Positions 21,834 to 31,148 of a stretch of 64,000 nt of DNA are shown in pieces (position 1 is the stretch's first letter; the number at the start of each line of letters is the position of its first letter). The stretch covers positions 8,496-72,495 of the forward strand of contig JAQTMH010000003.1 of assembly GCA_028714495.1 (NCBI GenBank). Direction: 5' to 3'. The position numbers and the translations under genes are program-made. The stretch is from Patescibacteria group bacterium. Lineage in GTDB: Bacteria > Patescibacteriota > Patescibacteriia > JAHIZJ01. The notes beneath the pieces are model-generated. The model searched no databases. It was not told the origin of the DNA and saw only the letters and a list, made by a program, of their open reading frames with translations.

Positions 21834-22139
21834 TTATTTAACAACCATTAAAGCAATTAAAGTAACAAATAGCAGGAAGCCAATGAACATCTTGCCGATC
21901 AATTCCACTTTTTCATTTTGCTTTCTCGTCAATTCGGGATTGAGCTTTTTTCCAGCCGGACGAAACAGCATTAATATCCCTATCAATAAGCTGAAGATTA
22001 AATCAAACATCACCGATTGCCCAGTAAATATTTCGTCCATGGCATAATCAATACCAAGCGCCAGAATAAGAAACAAGATAATACCTATCAAAGCGTCAAA
22101 TAGCTTGCTCTCAATAATTTCTTTTAAACTTTTATTCAT
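21834..22139 (-). CDS. small membrane protein (paralog a)
   Basis: 101 aa with 2-3 TM helices. Resembles the neighbouring ORF. Confidence 0.45.
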   Translation of the reverse strand: MNKSLKEIIESKLFDALIGIILFLILALGIDYAMDEIFTGQSVMFDLIFSLLIGILMLFRPAGKKLNPELTRKQNEKVELIGKMFIGFLLFVTLIALMVVK

Positions 22140-22456
22140 TTGATTATCAATTTACCGAGTAATTTATAAAGCAATAAACCGTACAAGATTGCCGCTAAAA
22201 TTATCTTGCCCATCAAATCATTCCGCGAACTGATGTTTGAAAGATGCCCGCCGCTCGCCCGTCCTTCCGATACCCGGCGGCCCTTAATGAAAAACATCAT
22301 TACAAAAATAGTGTAGCTAATCACCCCGACCATCGACCAAAGATCAATTTTCTCATCGACGACAAAATCCCAGCCTATTCCATAAAGAAAAATCAGAAGC
22401 GCGTAAACCACTATGTCGTAATTTTTGTCTCTGGCTTTTTTGTACCAATTATCCAT
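22136..22456 (-). CDS. small membrane protein (paralog b)
   Basis: 106 aa. Similar TM pattern, with a 4-bp overlap to paralog a. Confidence 0.45.
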   Translation of the reverse strand: MDNWYKKARDKNYDIVVYALLIFLYGIGWDFVVDEKIDLWSMVGVISYTIFVMMFFIKGRRVSEGRASGGHLSNISSRNDLMGKIILAAILYGLLLYKLLGKLIIK

Positions 22457-22465
22457 AAAATTTAC

Positions 22466-23506
22466 TTAAAATTGTCTTAAGAATCTTAGATCGCCCAAAT
22501 AAGACAAGCGGATATCCTTTACCCCATTTGACAGCATCATTAATCGGTCCAAACCGAGTCCAAAGGCAAAACCCGAGAACTTCTTAGAATCAACTCCCAT
22601 ATTCTTCAAAACTACCGGATGGACCAGGCCCGAACCGAGTATTTCCAGCCAACCGCGTTGACTGCACACTGAGCATCCCTGGCCGCCGCAAAGCTGGCAC
22701 CTGATATCAAAATCCAGGCCCGGTTCCACAAATGGGTAATACTCCGGTCTGACCCTGATCTTCACATTCTCACCGAAAATCCGCTTTAAAAATATCGACA
22801 GGGTGCCAATCAAATCCGTCACTTTCACGCCGGCGTCAATCACCAGGCCCTCGCACTGATAAAATGTTGATTCATGGGAAGAATCAGTTGCTTCATGACG
22901 AAAGACCCGGCCGGGCGCGATCAATCTGACGGGCGGCTGACGTTTAAGCATGGCTCTGATTTGAACTGGCGAGGTTTGGGTCCTGAGCAACAGCTGCTCC
23001 TTTTGTTCAAACGACTTATTTCCTTGCGCCGCCTTGATATAATACGTATCCCAGAGGTCCCGGGCCGGATGATCCTGGGGAATATTCAATAAATCAAAGT
23101 TGTATTTTGCCAATTCAATTTCTGGGCCGCTAACCACTTCGAAGCCCATTGATATAAAAATCGACTCTACCAATCTAATAAATTTTGTCAGCGGATGGTA
23201 ATGGCCCAGGGCCGGCATTATTCCCGGCAGTGTCCGATCAATCAATGTTTTATGGCCAGTCGGCGCTTTTAAACCCTGCCTCCTCGTTCTAATTCCTGAT
23301 TCGATGGCCTGACGAATCCGATTTGCCAAATTGCCTGTCTCACCTCGCTCCTGGACTGGCAGGTTTTTGATATTGCGAAGAAGATTTGTAAGTTTCGATT
23401 TGCGGCCGAGATATTCAATAAACAGACGCTCCAGCTCGGCTGAATCGCTGGCTCGCTCTATCTTTATCTTGGCCTCTTCGTAGATTGACTTAAGCTGGTC
23501 CTTCAT
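22466..23506 (-). CDS. pheS: phenylalanine--tRNA ligase alpha subunit
   Basis: Class II aaRS core motifs (FRHEATDSSHESTFYQCEGLV, GFAFGLGLDRL). Confidence 0.95.
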   Translation of the reverse strand: MKDQLKSIYEEAKIKIERASDSAELERLFIEYLGRKSKLTNLLRNIKNLPVQERGETGNLANRIRQAIESGIRTRRQGLKAPTGHKTLIDRTLPGIMPALGHYHPLTKFIRLVESIFISMGFEVVSGPEIELAKYNFDLLNIPQDHPARDLWDTYYIKAAQGNKSFEQKEQLLLRTQTSPVQIRAMLKRQPPVRLIAPGRVFRHEATDSSHESTFYQCEGLVIDAGVKVTDLIGTLSIFLKRIFGENVKIRVRPEYYPFVEPGLDFDIRCQLCGGQGCSVCSQRGWLEILGSGLVHPVVLKNMGVDSKKFSGFAFGLGLDRLMMLSNGVKDIRLSYLGDLRFLRQF

Positions 23507-23886
23507 GAATCACTGTCCTTTCTTGATAAAAAGAAAAATTCAAGGATTGATATTGAAACGATAAACAAAGCCGCGTTCCACCAAGTCAGTATTCTCAGCC
23601 CCTGAAGCGCCAGCGATCCGACCAGCAGCAATGAAAAAAGCAGAGCTTGCCGGAAGGAAATGCCCACGTGTTGAAAAACGATTTCCTTTCTGGAAAACCA
23701 AACCCGAAAAAAGAAACCCAGAAGCGAGAATGTTCCGATCAACGCGAAAAAAAGGCTTAAATAAAACAAAAATATCCCAATAAATTCAGTTTGGTCCGGG
23801 TCAATAAAAAACAGCACCGTGATCCAGCCAATCCAGCACAGAGTGGTTACGATCGACATCATTATAAGAAACTTCCTAAGAGACAT
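23503..23886 (-). CDS. hypothetical membrane protein
   Basis: 127 aa with 3-4 TM helices. Confidence 0.45.
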   Translation of the reverse strand: MSLRKFLIMMSIVTTLCWIGWITVLFFIDPDQTEFIGIFLFYLSLFFALIGTFSLLGFFFRVWFSRKEIVFQHVGISFRQALLFSLLLVGSLALQGLRILTWWNAALFIVSISILEFFFLSRKDSDS

Positions 23887-24041
23887 ACTATTGAATAATT
23901 AGAATCACTTATACAACTAAAAATTGCTTCTTTAATTCATGTTTATCATAACAGATTTTACCTGATTTTTCAAATACAAATATACCCAGTTTGGGGATAT
24001 CTTTTTGGCTAAAATAAGCGTAATAAACGTATAAAAACTGT

Positions 24042-26936
24042 CTATATTTGTCGATACTCACAGATATCACGAAAATCGCAAAACGAGCAATGAAACCCAG
24101 GCGTTGCTTTGAAGCTGCTTTTTTTCATTTGCTCAGCCGTTCTGATGATTTTGTCGCTGACCTTCTGAATCGCTTGGTCGGTCGCCTCAAAACCCACCTG
24201 CTGGCCGTCTTCGAGATAATGGTTAGACAACTTGGCAGGCTCCTTTTTCAGGCTTTCCCTGGCGGCCAGGGCGTAGATTAATAGCTGTTCTTGATCTTCT
24301 ACCTTTTTGCTTGACGGCCTTTTGCCTGTTTTATAATCAATGATCTCAACTGTTTTGTCTGATAGTTTATCAATTCGGTCAATCGCTCCCCTGATTGAAT
24401 ACTGGTCAATCTTGATGACAAATCCTTTTTCTAAAAAGAGAACCTCGGGAAATTTTCCTTGATACAAATTATAATAGGCTTTTAACGCTTTTAAACCTTG
24501 CGTTTTTCGTTCAGCCAGGTGAGCCGCCGATTCATACCATTCGTCAATCCAATTCTCCTCATAGAGTTTTTTCAGCGTCAGCCAATCATGCTTGAGATTG
24601 CGCTGGACTAGCTGAAAAAAATCTTTAAGCGTATTATGAATGGTTTTACCATAACTAAACGTATGTTTTGGCTCACCCGGCACTTTCAAGACAAATCTGA
24701 ACCGATATTGATAGGGGCAGATCCAAAAGGCTTTCAGCTGGGTAAAGCTTAAATACGTTGGTAAGCGATATTTAAAATGCTCGATTCGATGATTTAAGGT
24801 ATCTTCAGGATAATCCAGTCCGAGCGACTTTGCCCCGTCTACCGGTTTTACGAATCTATTATATTTTATTTCTTTCAAAAATCTTGAGGGCTTCTTTTTT
24901 TGCGGACCGCTATAGTGTTCAGCGGTAGTAAAAAACAGCCCATCTCTTGCCCGGGTCATCGCCACGTAAAAAAGCCTTCGTTCCTCCTGCAAATGAATGT
25001 CGCCGGTTGGAATAATTTCCTTGACCAAACCGTCCGGAACCTCGATTTGCTCCCGGCGCTCAATCGAGGGAAATCGCTTGTCCACCAGATTCACGATAAA
25101 AACATAGGGAAATTCTAAACCCTTGGCTGAATGAATCGTCAATATTTTTATCGCTTCCGGCCCTTCGCGAATCGCGCTCGGCGAAGGATCTTCGCCGATT
25201 TCCAGCATCATCGACAGTTCAGCCATGTAGGCTTTCACTGATTTGTCCTGATTGTGGCTCTCGAACTCCGAAATCCTGCTAAAAAATTTATTTATGTTCA
25301 ATATTTTTTCAGCATTGGCCAGGGATTCAGTCTTGGTTAGTCGCCCAATATAACCTGATTCCTTGATAAAACGATATAAAATCTGACCAACTGACTTGGT
25401 CCGGGTAAGCTCAGTATGATCTTCTATAAGCTGCTTTATTTTCTGCACCTTTTGGGCGTATCTGGCGGGCAAGCCGATTATTTTGGCCTCAGGCAAGGCC
25501 TCAAACAATGAAATGCTCTTCTGATCAGCGTAATAAAGAAGCTTGGTTAGTTCAATTAACGGAATACCAAAAACCGGCAAAGACAGAATCCGATAAACGG
25601 CTGAGCTTTCGTGATAATTATCAAGCAGTTTCAAATATGAAATTAAATCGATAATTTCCGGTTTTTGAAACAATCCCCGGGAAGCGATGAATTGAAAAGG
25701 CAGGCCTTGGGCTGACAGGGCCGTAATAAACAGATCAGCCATGTCATTCGCCCGCACCAGAATGGCAAAATCGTTCCAGCTGGAATTTTTCTTTTCTTTC
25801 AGTTCCACTATCTTCTTCAAAACCGCCATAACTTCCCGCTCTTGAGTTTCAGCGTGGATATGTTCAATTATCTGTTTTCCGGGGCGGTGTGATCTTAGTT
25901 TCTTGGTAATCGGCGTTCGGCCTCGGGACAATTGCGCTTCGAGGCGATTCGGGTTATTGAGCTGGATAAAGTCATAGGCCAGATCCAGTACCCCCTGCTT
26001 ATTTCGGTAATTCTCTGTTAAAACTATATTTGTCGCTTTGGGAAAGTCTTTTTTAAACTTCAAGATGTTGGAAATGGAAGCGCCGCGAAATTTAAAGATC
26101 GATTGGTCGTCGTCCCCGCAAACCGTTAAATTGTTCCGGGGAGCGGCTAAGAGCTTGACCAACTCATACTGAGCGTAGTTGGTATCTTGAAATTCATCAA
26201 CTAAAATATATTTAAATTGCCGCCGATATTTTTCCAGGATAGTTTTTCTGGTCTGGAGAAGCTTCAGCGCGTAGAGAATTAAATCGCCAAAATCGAGCCA
26301 GCCATTTTCGTGCAAAAGTTTTTGATATACCTCATAAGCTTGAGCGACCTCCAATATCTTTTCAGCCTCTTCTTTTTCCTCCGGGGTTTTGGCCGCGTCT
26401 TTGGCGATTCTCTCTGAGGCATAGCGCAGGTACGCGTCGGGTTCAATGTGTTCGTCTTTTAGCCTGGAAAAGTGCTTGACCAAGGCGTAGATAAAACGAT
26501 TCGGATTGCCCAGCGGCCGGTAGTATTTTAATTTGAAACGTTCGAAATTCTGCCTGACCAGAAACCATTGCTCCGGCGCCGAAAGAATCTTAAAACCGGG
26601 GCTCAAGCCCAGATCCAGGGCGTGATCTTTCAAGACCCTTTCGCCAAACGAATGAAAAGTCGAAACCCACAAATCCACGTAGCCGTAAGGCAAGAGCTGA
26701 TCAACCCGCTCTTCCATCTCGCCCGCGGCTTTGTCAGTGAAGGTCAGAGCCAATATCTGGTCAGGTTCAGCTTTCTTATTATAAATCAACCAGGCCAAAC
26801 GATGGGTAATCACCGTGGTCTTTCCGGTTCCGGCTCCGGCTACGATTAAGAGCGGCCCGTCACCAAATTTGACCGCTGCTTTTTGCTGGATATTTAATTG
26901 TTTAAATGTTTTATCAAAAAAATCTGTTTTTAGCAT
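24042..26936 (-). CDS. UvrD/PcrA-family helicase fused to a C-terminal PD-(D/E)xK (RecB/AddA-like) nuclease domain with a Cys cluster
   Basis: Walker A LIVAGAGTGKTTV and UvrD helicase motifs throughout. The C-terminus carries CPYQYRF ... CSFCDFRDIC, typical of RecB-family nuclease/iron-sulfur domains. Confidence 0.85.
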   Translation of the reverse strand: MLKTDFFDKTFKQLNIQQKAAVKFGDGPLLIVAGAGTGKTTVITHRLAWLIYNKKAEPDQILALTFTDKAAGEMEERVDQLLPYGYVDLWVSTFHSFGERVLKDHALDLGLSPGFKILSAPEQWFLVRQNFERFKLKYYRPLGNPNRFIYALVKHFSRLKDEHIEPDAYLRYASERIAKDAAKTPEEKEEAEKILEVAQAYEVYQKLLHENGWLDFGDLILYALKLLQTRKTILEKYRRQFKYILVDEFQDTNYAQYELVKLLAAPRNNLTVCGDDDQSIFKFRGASISNILKFKKDFPKATNIVLTENYRNKQGVLDLAYDFIQLNNPNRLEAQLSRGRTPITKKLRSHRPGKQIIEHIHAETQEREVMAVLKKIVELKEKKNSSWNDFAILVRANDMADLFITALSAQGLPFQFIASRGLFQKPEIIDLISYLKLLDNYHESSAVYRILSLPVFGIPLIELTKLLYYADQKSISLFEALPEAKIIGLPARYAQKVQKIKQLIEDHTELTRTKSVGQILYRFIKESGYIGRLTKTESLANAEKILNINKFFSRISEFESHNQDKSVKAYMAELSMMLEIGEDPSPSAIREGPEAIKILTIHSAKGLEFPYVFIVNLVDKRFPSIERREQIEVPDGLVKEIIPTGDIHLQEERRLFYVAMTRARDGLFFTTAEHYSGPQKKKPSRFLKEIKYNRFVKPVDGAKSLGLDYPEDTLNHRIEHFKYRLPTYLSFTQLKAFWICPYQYRFRFVLKVPGEPKHTFSYGKTIHNTLKDFFQLVQRNLKHDWLTLKKLYEENWIDEWYESAAHLAERKTQGLKALKAYYNLYQGKFPEVLFLEKGFVIKIDQYSIRGAIDRIDKLSDKTVEIIDYKTGKRPSSKKVEDQEQLLIYALAARESLKKEPAKLSNHYLEDGQQVGFEATDQAIQKVSDKIIRTAEQMKKSSFKATPGFHCSFCDFRDICEYRQI

Positions 26937-26938
26937 AT

Positions 26939-27655
26939 CTATATTTTAAACCTTTTTTCGGATGAATCAACCTTTATTTTATATTTCAGGAGTCTCCTGG
27001 CCAACCTGGGATGTTTCCGATAAAGCTTTGCCCAAGCCACTATTAACGCGTGATATTCATTGTAGAGGCTGGGCTTTTTCGGCAATCTAGTTTCAAACCA
27101 ATTTTGATATTCATCGTAATTACTAAATTGCTTATGAAAAACCTTGAGCCAGCGTTTGGTGTAGGTATCAACCACAAAAATCGGTTTTCCGCCGGCATAC
27201 AAAAGAATCGAATCAGATGTTTCTGGACCAAGCCCGTATAAACCTAAAAGCTCATTTCGGCATTGTGCCAATTCATTTCGAAAGAAAACTTTTAAATCTC
27301 CCAGGTAGTCTCTTTTGAGCCAATTTGAAAACGCCTTCAGCTTTTTTGCCTTTTGATTGTAGTAGCCGCTGGGCCGAATTAAATCAGCCAGGCGCTTTTG
27401 TTTCACCTTATTTAAGGCGTCTGGTTTAAGCAACCGACTCTTTTTTAAGTTTATCAAGGCCTTGGCCGCGTTTTTCCAAGCCGCGTTTTGGGTAAGAATC
27501 GCGCCAACCGCGATTTCAAACATTTGCCCAGAGGTTAATCTTGGCCGCTTTTTATAAACCGGCGTCCATTCTCCTTTTCGCTTTTCTAAAATCGGCCACC
27601 AACCTTGAGGGCCAAAATAGCGTAATATACGCCGGTACAGTACCAAGGGTTTCAT
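26939..27655 (-). CDS. HhH-GPD superfamily DNA glycosylase (endonuclease III/MagIII-like, no Fe-S cluster)
   Basis: Helix-hairpin-helix LYGLGPETSDSILLYA followed by a conserved Asp (VVDTY). Confidence 0.65.
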   Translation of the reverse strand: MKPLVLYRRILRYFGPQGWWPILEKRKGEWTPVYKKRPRLTSGQMFEIAVGAILTQNAAWKNAAKALINLKKSRLLKPDALNKVKQKRLADLIRPSGYYNQKAKKLKAFSNWLKRDYLGDLKVFFRNELAQCRNELLGLYGLGPETSDSILLYAGGKPIFVVDTYTKRWLKVFHKQFSNYDEYQNWFETRLPKKPSLYNEYHALIVAWAKLYRKHPRLARRLLKYKIKVDSSEKRFKI

Positions 27656-27759
27656 GTATCTATTATACCACGTGGATAAACGAATGCTTTTCTGTCTATT
27701 TTATTTATCACAAAACTCGCGAAACTTACGCGCTTCGAACCAAATCGATTATCGAGATG

Positions 27760-28212
27760 TTATATCTTTTCTACTAAAATTACTGCCTGCTGATCAGTAC
27801 CCAAACCCTGCGCCTGTTGCAGGGTAAAACGATAGCCATTCAATTCCTTTATTGGTTCATCCACAGTGCCGCTTTGTTCAGCCAAGCTCAGCAACAAACC
27901 ATCAGTGTCATTTATAGTCAGCCTGACCACGTAAACCCGACCTAGCTCCGCCCCCTCGGTCTTTATCGCGACCCCTTCATTTGTTATGGTTAAACTCCCT
28001 AAAACATTTTTCGCGGTCGCGCCGCTTTTGATAACAAGCTGCTGGCTGGTATTTTCTGGTTTATTTTCATTCGCTTCACCACCCGCGGCATTCGAATTGT
28101 CCGTTTTTGAACTGTCGTTAAAAAACGGCTTGAGATTGAATTTCCAAGCTGCGAATATTGTCCCGCCAATAATCAGAACAATGATGATTAGTATGATGTA
28201 GTTTTTGCTCAT
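27760..28212 (-). CDS. membrane-anchored hypothetical protein
   Basis: N-terminal TM helix followed by a low-complexity extracytoplasmic region. Confidence 0.45.
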   Translation of the reverse strand: MSKNYIILIIIVLIIGGTIFAAWKFNLKPFFNDSSKTDNSNAAGGEANENKPENTSQQLVIKSGATAKNVLGSLTITNEGVAIKTEGAELGRVYVVRLTINDTDGLLLSLAEQSGTVDEPIKELNGYRFTLQQAQGLGTDQQAVILVEKI

Positions 28213-28293
28213 GATGTAGATTTAATACTTTTCTTAATTCTAGTCAATTACTCCGTCCTTTACAATTATTAATTTTGAATTCTTAATTTCTTA

Positions 28294-29091
28294 CTAGACC
28301 GGTCTCAATGTTCCAAACCATACCTGCCAAGCCAAAAGAGATTTGGCGAGCAGGCTAAGTATGATATAAACTCGCTCGCCGTATAAATAATCTCGCCATT
28401 TTCCCACCTTTTTATACTGCAGCACCATATTTACGGCGAAGACGTTAAAGAATACGAAAAGTGAAAAGAAGATCCAATAGACAAAGGTCGGAGCCTGGCC
28501 AGTGGCACCGCCGGCAAAAAAGAGATAAAGCGCGATCGCCACCCAGGGTATTGCGCCAGCCAGTGAACCAAAATAAAACGACGTCCAATTTGTCTTGGCG
28601 GTTGTTTGGTTGTGCAGCTCCATCATCCAGCCAAAAAGTATCATCATCATATTCAGGAAAAACATCAGCATAAGGCTGACGCCATCATACATTCCCACCA
28701 GTGCGGCAATAACCACAATCATCAACGATGAACTGAAAGCATATTCTATCCAACGCGCGTAATTAGCGCCTTTGAGCAGATTCCGATTATACCATTCGTT
28801 AATCCCCGGCAATGAAATCATCAAATGCGCCAAGGCTGATAAAAACAAAAATCCGGCCACTAAGGGACCCAATCGAAGAGTAAACAACTCTTTTAAAACC
28901 GGCTCAAGCTTACCCGTTATTTTATTGAATTCCACAAAGGCCGAGTTGATGGGCAAGCTGAATTTATTGCTTAAAGCTAACATCAGAATGCCCTGGGCCA
29001 GATGAAGAAAAAACATCATTAAATTAAAACGCTTCAGTCTTTTAAAACGGTCGCTGTTGTCCGCAGTTGAGGAAATGTTTGAATCTTCCAT
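28294..29091 (-). CDS. heliorhodopsin
   Basis: 265-aa 7-TM protein. The match to heliorhodopsin 48C12 is compared from memory of its sequence: RWIEYAFSSSLMIVVIAAL vs RWVEYSLSSSVMIVLIAQ, MILFGWMME vs MILFGWLQE, GERVYIILSLLAKSLLAWQVWFGTL vs GERAYIVLSLVAKSALAWQIFSGTL. A TM7 lysine and a TM3 glutamate are both present. Confidence 0.9.
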   Translation of the reverse strand: MEDSNISSTADNSDRFKRLKRFNLMMFFLHLAQGILMLALSNKFSLPINSAFVEFNKITGKLEPVLKELFTLRLGPLVAGFLFLSALAHLMISLPGINEWYNRNLLKGANYARWIEYAFSSSLMIVVIAALVGMYDGVSLMLMFFLNMMMILFGWMMELHNQTTAKTNWTSFYFGSLAGAIPWVAIALYLFFAGGATGQAPTFVYWIFFSLFVFFNVFAVNMVLQYKKVGKWRDYLYGERVYIILSLLAKSLLAWQVWFGTLRPV

Positions 29092-29138
29092 GTGTTTAAA
29101 TAATGTAAACTATTTATAATATCTTGGATTCCTAACTT

Positions 29139-29345
29139 TTACTCTCCCAAAATCCACTCAAGCAGTTTGATTTGTTCTTTAGTAACCTTCTCTTTTAAAT
29201 CAAATTCCGCTCTCAGCTCTTTACTTTGTTCGGAATCCTCTTGTAAATCTTCGTCTTGAAGCGCCTCTTCAAATTCATCATCGATTCCGTCCTCAATCTC
29301 CTCTAGCTCTTCTATTTTTTGTCTGATTTCATCTTCAGTTTTCAT
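29139..29345 (-). CDS. small acidic hypothetical protein
   Basis: 68 aa, highly acidic (E/D-rich). Coding status is uncertain. Confidence 0.3.
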   Translation of the reverse strand: MKTEDEIRQKIEELEEIEDGIDDEFEEALQDEDLQEDSEQSKELRAEFDLKEKVTKEQIKLLEWILGE

Positions 29346-29505
29346 GTTTGATATTTAGCTAATAATAAAGATTTTTTCGTATTGACAATTCGAATTTATT
29401 TTATGTCTTATGAACTAATAAATCAAGCGTCCAGGCAGTGCTAACGAATACCGCCGGATTTTAAACCGGCGGCATTCTATTCGTTCTTATCGTTTGCCCT
29501 GCCTA

Positions 29506-30063
29506 TTATTCCGTTTCATTCGTATCAAAAGCATTTGTGTTATCCGAGGTGCTGTCAGTCTTCGAAGCGCTGATCACTACCGTGTTTTTCCCGTCTTCGC
29601 TACCCTTGTTTATCCCAACCGAAACCATGCGATTTTCCTTTTCGGCCCAGATCGCGGCTGAACCCTCATAAACCATTGAGCTGGTTATGGCCCAGCCGTC
29701 CGCCTTTAGTTCGGTATCATAGAGGGCTTTTACTTCGCTGACGGTCTTTGAAGTTTCAATCGAGATTGAATAATCCTTGTCTTTGGTGTAAGTGAAGGCG
29801 GCGGTAATATTTCCGTCAACCAAATAAATATCGTCAGGAAAACCGTCGGGCAAGCTGACGTTCTCGCCGGCCTCATATGAACTGTTGTTGGTATTGATTT
29901 TTACCGTATTTTTGCTGACATCGACGTCAGCCTGGCCTTTAGTCGCTGTTTCCAGAGCCTTTTCAGCGGCTTTCTCGGCTGAGGATTTGCCGCAGCCGGT
30001 TAAAACCAATGCGATCGCCACAACGAGCATTGGCGCAATAAACCAAATTTTTTTGTTAAGCAT
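29506..30063 (-). CDS. lipoprotein (signal peptide plus lipobox LTGC)
   Basis: MLNKKIWFIAPMLVVAIALVLTGCG. A TTGTCA-N17-TAATAT promoter lies upstream on the minus strand. Confidence 0.6.
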   Translation of the reverse strand: MLNKKIWFIAPMLVVAIALVLTGCGKSSAEKAAEKALETATKGQADVDVSKNTVKINTNNSSYEAGENVSLPDGFPDDIYLVDGNITAAFTYTKDKDYSISIETSKTVSEVKALYDTELKADGWAITSSMVYEGSAAIWAEKENRMVSVGINKGSEDGKNTVVISASKTDSTSDNTNAFDTNETE

Positions 30064-30141
30064 GGTTATATAATTAATTAAATATTAGCCAATTTAATAT
30101 TATCATATCATCAAACAAATGACAAATAAACTCGCACCCCC

Positions 30142-30169
30142 TTGACAAATATTAGGGGCGGTGTATAAT
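30142..30169 (+). promoter_or_regulatory. consensus sigma70-type promoter (TTGACA-N16-TATAAT)
   Basis: TTGACA at 30142-30147 and TATAAT at 30164-30169. It reads into the GC-rich ORF-free region. Confidence 0.6.
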
Positions 30170-30176
30170 GCCAAAG

Positions 30177-31075
30177 TTGCGTGTTTTTACGGGGTGATAT
30201 TGCTGCTACCGCTGGGGCGCTAGCTAGTCAGATCTTTTGGCTACCTAATGCCTCGGCAATACCCATAGGCCATATAGGAGGGACTTGCCAATGGGCTAGC
30301 AAGCTAATTACCGCGCGAACGGACTTGAGAAAACTGCAAGGAGCTTCAGTCCACCGGTTGTCTGACCCCGCTCTCAAAGTGGTGTCAGGCAACCACTCTA
30401 ATGCGGTCTACTGCGGTCCACCACAGGGAGGAAGGCCCATGCAGACACGCTACGAAAAGTAAGGTTTGCAGCCGGAAGGTTGCTCATGCGGAAACCTGGA
30501 CATACCCGCGGGTTACACCTGGCACTTTGCCGAAAACCCGAAAAGGAAAATCCGTCTTTCGAAGGCATCGCCAGATTGACGGAATGTCCCCTTGACGCCT
30601 GGGTATAAGGCGGAATCCTCCAAAATCCCTGGAGGTCCCTCTTTGCCAGTACGTCGCCGGCACTATGCAGAATGGCGATGATGCTGTCTCCGAGGTGTTC
30701 GCGGCACCGTTGTCGCCAGGGTATCGCGCTGCTGCTAATACGGCATCTCGCAGTGGCGCCACGAGGTTGCACTTTGATAAAATCAATTCGTTCGATCTTC
30801 CAGGGCAGGGGTCGCCCCACGCGTGTCGCCGGGCTTTCCGCGATCAGTCGCGCGCGGGCCACCCCTCCCTGGTCTGTCTGGACCCGTTATGGTGGCCGGG
30901 AGCCAATCTTCCGGTTGCGGTGGGGATTTGCCGCCGGCTTTCGCTGGCGGTGCCACTGCTGCGTGCTTCGCGCGCTGCGAGCACCACTCCTGGGGTCTGG
31001 GCACGGGGCGGAGAATTTCATTGGCCGGGGCAGCTTGCTGCCACCGACTCAATGAGACTCCGCCCCTCTTTTTAT
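30177..31075 (+). ncRNA. candidate large structured noncoding RNA (about 0.9 kb, unclassified)
   Basis: About 60% GC in a roughly 43% GC genome. No ORF longer than about 160 aa, and every ORF is Arg/Pro/Ala-rich and overlapping on both strands. Bounded by a perfect promoter and an intrinsic terminator. Internal hairpins are numerous (for example GGCAG-CTTG-CTGCC and AGTGG ... CCACT). Confidence 0.45.
31005..31075 (+). terminator. intrinsic terminator ending the GC-rich element
   Basis: GGGGCGGAG ... CTCCGCCCC 9-bp stem followed by TCTTTTTATTT. Confidence 0.55.
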
Positions 31076-31148
31076 TTGTTTAGAACCAATAAAAGTATCG
31101 AGTTACAATCATTAATTCAGTTTATACATAGCCGGAGCCACTACAAAT

